From assembly GCA_031962025.1 (NCBI GenBank), contig JAVRKW010000002.1: a stretch of 64,000 nt of DNA. One strand, written 5' to 3'. This DNA is from Pseudothermotoga sp. GTDB taxonomy: Bacteria > Thermotogota > Thermotogae > Thermotogales > DSM-5069. The notes under the pieces were generated by a model. It was not told the origin of the DNA. It ran no database searches and saw nothing but the letters and a program-made list of their open reading frames with translations. Positions 1-8,428 of this stretch are shown here, one piece after another. Numbering within the stretch: position 1 is the first letter of the stretch; every line of letters starts with the position of its first letter. Both the position numbers and the translations under genes were made by a program.

Positions 1-553
1 GTTTCAATCGAATCTAAGAGGAATGGAAACCACAAACAGCAGATGGAACGGCATATATCTATACTTGTTTCAATCGAATCTAAGAGGAATGGAAACCGAT
101 GACCTCATGGTCATCAGTTTTCATTTTCATAAGTTTCAATCGAATCTAAGAGGAATGGAAACTACCTTTCGTATAAGACTACACAGTAGTACCCATGTTG
201 GTTTCAATCGAATCTAAGAGGAATGGAAACATTGATACCACCTCTTGGACATAAATGGACTAACCTGGTTTCAATCGAATCTAAGAGGAATGGAAACAAT
301 ACATTCTTCAAAGCTTTGATCATGTTTGTAAAACGTTTCAATCGAATCTAAGAGGAATGGAAACTCTTATGTCGGCATCTCATGCTGGTTTCCGCTCCTT
401 GTTTCAATCGAATCTAAGAGGAATGGAAACAGGACGTTGCGGCTATATTCAATGAAACTGCTTTTCGTTTCAATCGAATCTAAGAGGAATGGGAACTCTT
501 CGTTGCCATCTTCCTCACCTCCGGTTTCAATCGAATCTAATTGGATGTTTTAA
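1..553 (+). CRISPR. CRISPR array, trailer end; repeat GTTTCAATCGAATCTAAGAGGAATGGAAAC (30 bp); probably continues left of the window
   Basis: Identical repeats start at 1, 67, 133, 201, 268, 335 and 401. The repeat at 467 has one mismatch (GGGAAC end) and the one at 524 is degenerate after 17 nt. Spacers are 36-38 bp, except the last (27 bp). The GAAAC 3' end, degenerate right-hand repeat and following terminator suggest + orientation. Confidence 0.98.
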
Positions 554-567
554 TACTCTAAATTGAC

Positions 568-594
568 AAAAAAGCGGGCTTTTGCCCGCTTTTT
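568..594. terminator. Intrinsic terminator closing the CRISPR transcript (potentially bidirectional)
   Basis: AAAAAAGCGGGC-TTTT-GCCCGCTTTTT hairpin with flanking A/T tracts. Confidence 0.85.
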
Positions 595-631
595 CTAAGT
601 TAGCTTTTGATAATCATATTTACTTGTTTTT

Positions 632-1287
632 GTATGAAAAACCTTTTCTACAGAAAATGGAATGGAATCAAGTTCATAACTTCAAACAATGGATTGAAAT
701 CACTTTTCATATTTGCAGCGGTTGCAAATTTCATCTCAGCTCCTGCATTCTCAGTTGTGATTCCTTATATAATCAGAAAAGAGCTGAATTTTTCAGCGCA
801 GTGGTTTGGAATGCTTGAAATGATGTTCATGGTTGGCGCTCTGCTTGGAAGCTTGTTGACCGGAACGGCATTAGCTACAACAAATTCCAAAAAGCTCATA
901 ACTGTAGGGATAGTTCTGGAAAGTTCCATAGGCTGTTTTATGGCTTTGACGCTCATGTATTTGAGTACTCAGAAGGGATTTGCTGTAACTCTTTCGTCGA
1001 TATCTTTGTTTTTGACAGGAATTTTCAACATGTTTGTGAACGTCCCCATAGGTGCAAATCTTCAAGCTTTGATCCCTTCGCAGGTACGTTCAAGAGTTCT
1101 GTCTATCCTCACGATCTTTTCCTCGGGATTAACACCCGTTGGTTCTCTACTTGGTGGAATAATCGTCGATAGTATGAATGCGTTTGTTTTCTTTTTGATT
1201 CTGAACCTTTTAATGTTTGTCGTGTCTCTGGTATTCGTTTTGTTTGCACCAAAAGAAGCATTTCTGCAAGATACAAAAGCCAATTGA
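632..1287 (+). pseudogene. C-terminal half of an MFS transporter (DHA3/macrolide-efflux-like); 5' truncated, probable frameshift near 655
   Basis: About six hydrophobic segments only. The text begins at a typical MFS central-loop sequence split across two frames (EKPFLQK / WNGIKFI). LQALIPSQVRSRV resembles the TM10-11 loop motif. No RBS seen. Confidence 0.65.
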
Positions 1288-1531
1288 GCTATAATGAATT
1301 TAAGGATTATTTTTGAAACATTAGACCTATGCCAATTTACGGTTTAGTCCAGGATCCTGGTAGGCGCCTTCCATAATATATAATACGAAACTGTGAAAGG
1401 GCAAAAACAGCAAAAACCGTCTTTAAATCAGAGTTTGAGTAAAAAGTTGTAAATTTTATTGATCGGAAAATTAAAGCAGAACTTAGTTGGAGCTAACTTC
1501 AAAGACCATATTTTAAACGGAGGTATTGCCC

Positions 1532-2860
1532 ATGAGAAAACTGGGAATTGTCGGTTTTGGCGCTTCTGCGATTGGTTTTATGTATGGTCTTATAGAAAGC
1601 GGCAGGGTGGATGACTACGAAATCACAGTTTTTGAGAAAGGAAAAGATCACACGCACAATACAATCTCTGGTGTGAGAATGGATGGAAAGATATTCATAA
1701 GCAGAGGAATGGGCGGAGAGCTCGATATTCCCATCGAAATACAGCAGAAAATGGTGATGTTCTACTTAACGCACTCTGGATACAAACCAACTTTGAAAGA
1801 CAAAACCAATATGATTGAGTATCTCAAATCTTTCGAAAAAGACGGAAAAAGAATAGAATACGGTGAATCATTTTCAAATGAAGAAACATACAGAATTTTT
1901 TATGATCACGGTTTTGAACCTGTCAGAGCATATTTTTTTCACCTGGGGACTGATGTGCTAAAAGATACAAACAACAATCTTTTTGAGTACTTCTCTTCGT
2001 TTAAAAATATCCACTTTTCTTTCAACACGGTGGTTGAAGACATGGAGTTCGGTGACAAACACAGGGTCTTCACCAGCAATGGTGAATATCTTTTTGATGA
2101 AGTCGTGATCGCTGTTGGCAGAAGCGGGCACAAGCTCATGGATCGTCTTAAGGAAAAATATCCACATCTTGTGAAAGAAAATTATTATGTCGATATAGGT
2201 ATCAGGTATGAATTGCCAAATCACATTATGGAAAGGTTTTTCGACATGTATGAAGTAAAGGTCAGATACAAGGCAAGGACGGGGTACATGTGCAGATTGT
2301 TCTGCCAGAATCCCGCCGGCAAGGTAACTTTAGAAAAATACGAAGATTTCACCACCGTGAACGGGTATTCAGACACAAATCAAAAAACTGAAAACACTAA
2401 TTTTGCCGTACTTGTGACCACAAGATTCACAGAACCGTTCAAAGACCCAACAGGGTATGGGAAAAACCTTGCAAAACTTGCAAACATACTTGCGGGAGAC
2501 CGCGAAAAGATAATTCTGCAGACATACGGAGATTTCAAAGAATACAGAAGAACAAAAAGATTGGGAAGGGTCTACCCTACTCTGAACAGCAGCAGTTTTA
2601 TACTGGGAGACGCGAATCTGGTATTTCCATCCAAAATCAGAGAATCGCTGGTGGATTTCGTCGATAGACTTGACAATGTTATAAAAGGCGTCGCTTACTT
2701 TGACAATTTGCTTTATGCTGTTGAGGTCAAATTCTATTCCAACAAATTCAACAACGATCTTTTCAAAAATCTACATGTCATAGGCGACTGTTCTGGCTGG
2801 ACAAGATCCATACAGTATGCCACTTCGATGGGATACATGAGAGCTCTTAAGGTATTATGA
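1532..2860 (+). CDS. FAD/NAD(P)-dependent oxidoreductase (uncharacterised FAD-dependent dehydrogenase family)
   Basis: N-terminal GIVGFGASA dinucleotide-binding motif, AVGRSG, C-terminal VIGDCSGWTRSI; GGAGGT RBS before ATG 1532. Confidence 0.85.
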   Translation: MRKLGIVGFGASAIGFMYGLIESGRVDDYEITVFEKGKDHTHNTISGVRMDGKIFISRGMGGELDIPIEIQQKMVMFYLTHSGYKPTLKDKTNMIEYLKSFEKDGKRIEYGESFSNEETYRIFYDHGFEPVRAYFFHLGTDVLKDTNNNLFEYFSSFKNIHFSFNTVVEDMEFGDKHRVFTSNGEYLFDEVVIAVGRSGHKLMDRLKEKYPHLVKENYYVDIGIRYELPNHIMERFFDMYEVKVRYKARTGYMCRLFCQNPAGKVTLEKYEDFTTVNGYSDTNQKTENTNFAVLVTTRFTEPFKDPTGYGKNLAKLANILAGDREKIILQTYGDFKEYRRTKRLGRVYPTLNSSSFILGDANLVFPSKIRESLVDFVDRLDNVIKGVAYFDNLLYAVEVKFYSNKFNNDLFKNLHVIGDCSGWTRSIQYATSMGYMRALKVL

Positions 2861-2877
2861 TTTCAGGAGGTGAAGGG

Positions 2878-3855
2878 ATGAAAACGGTGAAATTCAATCT
2901 CGTTGATCAGGATAACAGGAAAACAACGGATCTTGATCTATTTGGAAAATACACCGTACTGTATTTCTTTCCCAAGGCTGGCACAACCGGCTGTACAAAG
3001 CAGGCACAGGATCTTTCAAAAGCCATTGAATGGTTCAGGTCACACCAGATACAGGTCTACGGTGTATCCTGCGACAGTCCAGAGACTTTGAAAAATTTCA
3101 AAGAAAAATATCAGCTTGAAGTCAATTTCTTGTCTGATGAAAGATGCGAATTTGCCAGGTCTTTGAATGTGCAAAAAGACGGTAAAATCGTGCGTTCGAC
3201 TTTCATTCTGGATCGGTGGAACAGAATAAGATGCAGTATGTTCAACGTCAAGGTTGATGGACATGTAGAAAAGGTGAAAGAGCAACTTTTGAAGATCATG
3301 CAGCAAGACAATTCAATCAACGAACTGATACAGATCAGAAGAGCCAGAAGGGCTTTGAGCCAGGAAAAGATCTCAGATGAACAGCTCAAAGTTCTTTTAC
3401 AGGCTGCACACCTTGCACCTTCCTGTGCAAATAAACAGCCATGGAGATTCATCGCGGTCAGATCGCAAGATATTCTAACCAGGTTGCACGAGACGCTTTC
3501 GGGTGGCAATTACTGGATGAAAAAAGCACCTGCATTGATCGTTGTTCATTCAAAAAAAGAGATGGACTGCCAGCTTTCAGACAACAGGGACTATTTTCTC
3601 TTTGACCTTGGTCAGGCTGTTGCCTTTTTGCAGATTCAGGCAACTCAGATGGGACTGGTTGCTCATCCTGTAGCAGGTTTTGATCCGATCGGTGTCAAAA
3701 AAATTCTTCAAATACCACAGGAACACGTAATAATCACAATCATTGCCGTTGCATATCCAGAAAAAGACCTTTCAGGACTTTCTGAAAAGCACCAGAGCGC
3801 TGAACTGTCTGAGCGTGATAGACAGCCCATAGAAAGTGTGGTCGAATTCGCCTAA
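2878..3855 (+). CDS. Peroxiredoxin (Bcp/PrxQ)-nitroreductase fusion
   Basis: N-terminal FFPKAGTTGCT peroxidatic motif; C-terminal RRARR...APSCANKQPW nitroreductase motif; GGAGGTGA RBS before ATG 2878. Confidence 0.9.
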   Translation: MKTVKFNLVDQDNRKTTDLDLFGKYTVLYFFPKAGTTGCTKQAQDLSKAIEWFRSHQIQVYGVSCDSPETLKNFKEKYQLEVNFLSDERCEFARSLNVQKDGKIVRSTFILDRWNRIRCSMFNVKVDGHVEKVKEQLLKIMQQDNSINELIQIRRARRALSQEKISDEQLKVLLQAAHLAPSCANKQPWRFIAVRSQDILTRLHETLSGGNYWMKKAPALIVVHSKKEMDCQLSDNRDYFLFDLGQAVAFLQIQATQMGLVAHPVAGFDPIGVKKILQIPQEHVIITIIAVAYPEKDLSGLSEKHQSAELSERDRQPIESVVEFA

Positions 3856-4219
3856 GTTCCAGTGATCAAATTTGATCAACTGGCTTGGTTGAGCTTCTTT
3901 CGATTATGTTCGCTGGCAGGATTATGTTTCTGACAATGTTTTTCTTGTAATAAGAGAATAACTTTGTTATCACCAGTTTTATTCACCGAAACTGATTATT
4001 TGTCAATCACAAATCAACAGGATTATTATCACCAAAGAGGAATATCTGTTCATTACACTCCCTCAAAGAAAGTCGCATGAAAACATTTTCACATCAAGTG
4101 TAAATTTGTACAAATGGCAGGAAAAAAATGAAAATACTACCAAAAAGCTTTTTGTTTCTTCTTAAATCTCTCAAAAGCTCAAAAATTCACAGAAGATTAA
4201 CATTAGAGTGATGAAAATA

Positions 4220-4248
4220 AAAGTGGCTGACAAAAAGTCAGCCACTTT
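4220..4248 (-). terminator. Intrinsic terminator downstream of glnA
   Basis: AAAGTGGCTGAC-AAAAA-GTCAGCCACTTT 12-bp stem with a U-rich tail on the minus strand. Confidence 0.8.
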
Positions 4249-4263
4249 GTCATAGAGATACGA

Positions 4264-5583
4264 TCAAACATTCAGGTATTTTCTTATTTCCCAGTCAGTT
4301 ACAGATATACTGAAATCCCTGTACTCTCTTCTTTTGAGTTCGATAAATTTTTTGAAGATATGTTCGCCAAGAATTTCTTTGACAAGATCGGATTTTCTTG
4401 TTTCATCGAGTGCTTCTTTGAGTGAACCTGGTAGAGAATCTATCTTGAACTGAGTGCGTCTTTCTTCGGACATGGAATATATGTTTTCTTCGATGGGCAG
4501 TGGTGGCTCTATTTTGTTTTCAATTCCATCCAGACCGGCGCCAACCATTACGGCAAAAGCAAGATATGCGTTACAAGAAGGATCTGGCGCGCGATATTCA
4601 ATTCTGGTTGACTTGCCACGTGCTGCAGGTACTCTTATCAAAGCAGATCTGTTTGCCTTTGACCAGGCGATGTTAACAGGTGCTTCGTAACCAGGCACGA
4701 GTCTTTTGTAGCTGTTAACAGTTGGATTTGTAATTGCCGTTATTTCACGTGCATGGAGCAAAATACCGCCAACAAAATACCTTAAAACCTTTGAAAGGTT
4801 ATCAGGTGAGCTGGGATCATAGAAGGCATTTTCACCATTTAAAAACAAACTCAGATGTGTGTGCATGCCAGAACCATTTATGCCAAAAAACGGTTTGGGC
4901 ATGAATGTAACATGTAAGTTGTGTTTTACCGCTATGGTTTTGAGAACCAGTTTCACAGTTTGAGTATTGTCTGCCGCCCTTAGAACGTCTGCATAACGAA
5001 AGTCCACTTCGTGCTGGGACGGTGCCGCTTCATGATGGGATGCTTCAACATCAATTCCCATGGTTCTCAGAGCCACAGCAACTTCACTTCTCAGAGACTC
5101 AACTTCATCAAGAGGCAAAAGATCAAAATAACTTCCAAAATCCAGCAACTCAGCCCTTGGAAAACCTTTCTCATCTTTTGGAAGGACAAAAAATTCGATC
5201 TCAGGACCTGCAAATGCTTCAAATCCCATTCTTTTTGCTTTTTCAACAACGAGCTTCAGCCGGTAGCGTGGATCTCCTTCAAAAGGTGTGCCGTCTGGTT
5301 TGTAAACATCGCAGATTATTCTGGCGCTTTTTGCTCCATTTGTTGACCAAGGAAGAATTGCAAAAGTAGAAAGATCCGGTTTCAGGTACATATCAGATTC
5401 TTCGATTCTGACAAAACCTTCAACGGATGATCCGTCAAACATGATACCTCTGCTGAATGCCCTTTCAAGTTCTGCGGATGGAATTTCGACGTTCTTCAGA
5501 TTTCCGTTGATATCAGAGAACTGAAGGCGGATGAATTGAATTTGCTCTTTTCTCACAACCTCAAAGATCTGCTCCTGATCCAT
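4264..5583 (-). CDS. glnA: Type I glutamine synthetase
   Basis: FDGSSVEGFVRIEESDM, HHEAAPSQHE, FMPKPFFGINGSGMHTH, SYKRLVPGYEAP, RIEYRAPD motifs. Confidence 0.97.
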   Translation of the reverse strand: MDQEQIFEVVRKEQIQFIRLQFSDINGNLKNVEIPSAELERAFSRGIMFDGSSVEGFVRIEESDMYLKPDLSTFAILPWSTNGAKSARIICDVYKPDGTPFEGDPRYRLKLVVEKAKRMGFEAFAGPEIEFFVLPKDEKGFPRAELLDFGSYFDLLPLDEVESLRSEVAVALRTMGIDVEASHHEAAPSQHEVDFRYADVLRAADNTQTVKLVLKTIAVKHNLHVTFMPKPFFGINGSGMHTHLSLFLNGENAFYDPSSPDNLSKVLRYFVGGILLHAREITAITNPTVNSYKRLVPGYEAPVNIAWSKANRSALIRVPAARGKSTRIEYRAPDPSCNAYLAFAVMVGAGLDGIENKIEPPLPIEENIYSMSEERRTQFKIDSLPGSLKEALDETRKSDLVKEILGEHIFKKFIELKRREYRDFSISVTDWEIRKYLNV

Positions 5584-5689
5584 AAAATTCCCCCCTGCAA
5601 AAAAATTTATAGCAATATCATAAAGACAGATATTGAAACACTGATAATGAAAAGGTTAAGATCCAAAAAATTGAATATTTCGATTAATC

Positions 5690-6095
5690 TATCTATCGTG
5701 TGGTAGATAACTTTACACAATATATTGTGGGGGTGGTAGAAAACTTCAAAAATGCTCTTTAATAGCGAATAAAAAGGTGGTAGAAAACTCCAAATGCTCA
5801 TCACAAAAATAAAATTTTGCGCTCATATAATACCGAGCTACTTACTCTGAAAATCATCTATCAACGTAAAGATCATACTTACACGTTTTCTACCACCTTT
5901 AAATTAGCTTGTAAAGAGCCTTTCGGAAGTTATCTACCACTTATCTACCACTTATCTACCAGGTTATCTACCACCCCCCTCACGAACAAAAACAGTGATT
6001 TAAAGCCAGTTTTCGATCGTAATGTTACAGAATCTACCACCCCTATATAATATATCTACTACTAAGGTATGATAAAAATATAATATCTATAGTAG
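5690..6095. other. Putative replication origin (oriC) with Thermotogales-type DnaA boxes
   Basis: Nine TCTACCA(C) boxes (three reverse: 5700, 5732, 5776; six forward: 5886, 5930, 5941, 5952, 5964, 6030) plus AT-rich flanks. The core matches the T. maritima DnaA box AAACCTACCACC. Confidence 0.75.
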
Positions 6096-6114
6096 AAAAA
6101 GGGGGCGAAAAAAT

Positions 6115-6717
6115 ATGTTTGCAAAAAACTGGATGAATACAGACTTTCCACAGGTAAAGGTGAGTGCAACTGTTCAGGAAGTTTTATCAACCATGAGAAA
6201 GTACAGAGTAGACTACTGCGTCGTAACAGACGAGGAAAACAAATTCGAAGGGCTGGTATACAAAAACACACTGGCAAATCTACAGCTTGACAATACCATA
6301 GGTGATTATGTGATCTTTCCGGATTTTTATGTGTTCGACGACAGCTACATCGAAGAAGCCGCACTGACTTTCAGAGAATCACATGAAGCGTGCTTGGCAG
6401 TTGTCGATAAAGATCTTGTCGTAAAAGGTGTAATAACTCTTACAGAGATACTCGAAGCCTTTGTTGCCATTACGGCGATGGACGAACCCGGCTCAAGGAT
6501 CCTTCTGAAATTGGAGGACAAACCCGGACAGTTAAAGAAGGTTTTTGATGTCCTTGCACAGAACAAAATGAATGTCCTTTCCGTGAACACAGTTAAGGAA
6601 GATGGCTACAGAAGAGTTTCAATAAAGGTTGATGTTTTGGATCCGCAGGAAGTTGCAAAGGTTTTAGAGATGTACAGTATCAGGTATGAGAAGATAGCAA
6701 AGGAGGAAGGATTCTGA
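6115..6717 (+). CDS. CBS-pair plus ACT domain protein (AcuB-like)
   Basis: Two CBS repeats followed by ACT motif EDKPGQLKKVFDVLAQNKMNV. Confidence 0.85.
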   Translation: MFAKNWMNTDFPQVKVSATVQEVLSTMRKYRVDYCVVTDEENKFEGLVYKNTLANLQLDNTIGDYVIFPDFYVFDDSYIEEAALTFRESHEACLAVVDKDLVVKGVITLTEILEAFVAITAMDEPGSRILLKLEDKPGQLKKVFDVLAQNKMNVLSVNTVKEDGYRRVSIKVDVLDPQEVAKVLEMYSIRYEKIAKEEGF

Positions 6718-7430
6718 GCGGCTTATTCCTTGCGATTGTACAGGGATTGACTGAATTTTTGCCGATTTCAAGTTCTGGACACCTTGTGCTGTTTTCAAAA
6801 ATACTGAATGTCAACACGGATATTGCCCTTGCGGCTTTGCTTCATCTTGGAACGCTGTTTGCCGTTTTCATATTTGCTTTAAAGCCACTGGTACGTTCAT
6901 TCAGAAACTGGAGGATACTTTTTAATCTTGTCATCTCAACAGTTCCGGCAGTTGTCGTTGGATTTACTTTGAATAAAAAAATCGAGGCGACTTTCACTGA
7001 TACGAGATTTTTACCTATCTTTTTTTGCACAACGAGTATCATGTTGCTTTTTGCCTCGATGAGAAATGGCAGGAAAAGTCTTGAAGAAATGTCATCTCTC
7101 GATGCTTTGATTATTGGACTTTTTCAGGCAATAGCCGTTTTTCCGGGTATATCGAGAAGCGGAGCAACCATATCTGCTGGTTTACTGCTTGGTTTTAAGA
7201 AAGAAGATTCTCTTTCTTATTCATTTCTTCTTGCCCTGCCAGTAATCGCTGGAGCTGGGATTTTGGAAGGTTCACAGATGAATTTTCACTGGTTTTATCT
7301 TGGTGTGATCTCTTTTTGTGTTGGAATTGTCGCACTGTTTTTGCTCAAAAAGGTTGTTTTGGCTAACAAATTGAAGATTTTTTCCGTTTACTGTCTTTTG
7401 GCCGGTTTTGTCTCGTTTTTTGTGAGGTGA
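6714..7430 (+). CDS. uppP: Undecaprenyl-diphosphate phosphatase (probable CTG start)
   Basis: QGLTEFLPISSSGH and PGISRSG motifs. The frame extends to CTG 6714, 7 nt after AGGAGG. Confidence 0.92.
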   Translation: MSGLFLAIVQGLTEFLPISSSGHLVLFSKILNVNTDIALAALLHLGTLFAVFIFALKPLVRSFRNWRILFNLVISTVPAVVVGFTLNKKIEATFTDTRFLPIFFCTTSIMLLFASMRNGRKSLEEMSSLDALIIGLFQAIAVFPGISRSGATISAGLLLGFKKEDSLSYSFLLALPVIAGAGILEGSQMNFHWFYLGVISFCVGIVALFLLKKVVLANKLKIFSVYCLLAGFVSFFVR

Positions 7431-7436
7431 TCCCTG

Positions 7437-8060
7437 TTGAATATTGAAATACTGGTCATCGGTGGGGTTCTGCGCGCAATGCCTTACGTAATGGCACCGT
7501 ATTCAACGGTATCTTTACTGTATGATGATGAAAAAAGGATAATCGTAGATGCCGGAAGCTTCGTAACCTGGGAGGCACTTGAAAAGTCACTGAAGGCAAG
7601 AAACATTTCGCCTGAAAAGATCACCGATATGATCTTTACACACGTGCACATGGACCATATTTTTTCATCGATATTTTTCAAGAATGCCTCTGTCTATGTC
7701 CATGAAAAGTACAGAACAAGGGATTATTCATCTTTTGGACCGATCGCCGGACAGCTGTACAGTATGGTTGTTCTGAGCTGGAAAGATGTGCACACGTTAA
7801 AAGGCGGAGAAAGGCTTTTTGGTTGCATCGATGTTTTTCACACACCTTATCATTCATCTGATCACATCTCTATGGTTGTTGAAACGCAAAATATGGGTAG
7901 AATATTCATACCGGGTGATATTTGTTATACAAAGGTAGAGTACTTTGAAGCAGTCAAAGGCTACAAAAATGATGAAGGTGCTGTGTTTGTGAGAGAAACT
8001 TCAAAAAAATGCGACTGGGTGATTTTCACCCATGATGAACCTTTAAAACTTTCGAGGTGA
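7437..8060 (+). CDS. Metallo-beta-lactamase-fold hydrolase
   Basis: THVHMDH, TPYHSSDH, GD and terminal H motifs. Confidence 0.88.
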   Translation: MNIEILVIGGVLRAMPYVMAPYSTVSLLYDDEKRIIVDAGSFVTWEALEKSLKARNISPEKITDMIFTHVHMDHIFSSIFFKNASVYVHEKYRTRDYSSFGPIAGQLYSMVVLSWKDVHTLKGGERLFGCIDVFHTPYHSSDHISMVVETQNMGRIFIPGDICYTKVEYFEAVKGYKNDEGAVFVRETSKKCDWVIFTHDEPLKLSR

Positions 8061-8428
8061 TCAACTTGATAGAAGAATTCGTTGATTACAGGGCAAGGCT
8101 GAATAAGCTGATAAACGAGAAGGGTAATATTCACACCAAAAGGTTCATGAATCTTGATTCCCAGGTTTACGAAGAAGGTGCTCTGAGTACGAAAACCAAG
8201 GAAATGCTTGGTCTTGTTGCGTCGATGGTTTTAAGATGCAACGACTGCATCACATACCACATGATAAGGTTGTTCCAACTGGGTACAAAAGATGAAGAGT
8301 TCTTCGAAATTTTCAATGTTGCGCTCATTGTTGGAGGCTCGATAGTCATACCGCATCTGAGAAAGGCAGTCGAGGTTCTCGAGGAACTGAGGGAGCATGA
8401 AAAAAATGGCAAAATTATTTCTCTTTGA
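8057..8428 (+). CDS. Carboxymuconolactone decarboxylase / AhpD-like protein
   Basis: GALSTKTKE...LRCNDCITYH (CxxC-x3-H). Confidence 0.88.
   Translation: MINLIEEFVDYRARLNKLINEKGNIHTKRFMNLDSQVYEEGALSTKTKEMLGLVASMVLRCNDCITYHMIRLFQLGTKDEEFFEIFNVALIVGGSIVIPHLRKAVEVLEELREHEKNGKIISL

Noticed and set aside
31..66. Spacer 1 translates to QTADGTAYI, resembling QTADGGYI in the repeat lipoprotein (possible self-targeting)
   Set aside because: The DNA sequences do not match; resemblance is short and at peptide level only
23..217. 64-aa ORF with repeated FQSNLRGMET
   Set aside because: Translation of CRISPR repeats and spacers
1291..1400. Possible second CRISPR remnant on the minus strand (GTTTCAAAAATAATCC plus AT-rich leader-like sequence)
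   Set aside because: Only 7 nt match the repeat and there is no second copy; not supportable without the real leader for comparison
5607..6050. Short ORFs 5607-5804 and 5817-6050; also the boxes read as a mini-CRISPR
   Set aside because: No RBS or protein features; the repeats are 11-12 bp, in both orientations and irregularly spaced, as expected for protein-binding sites
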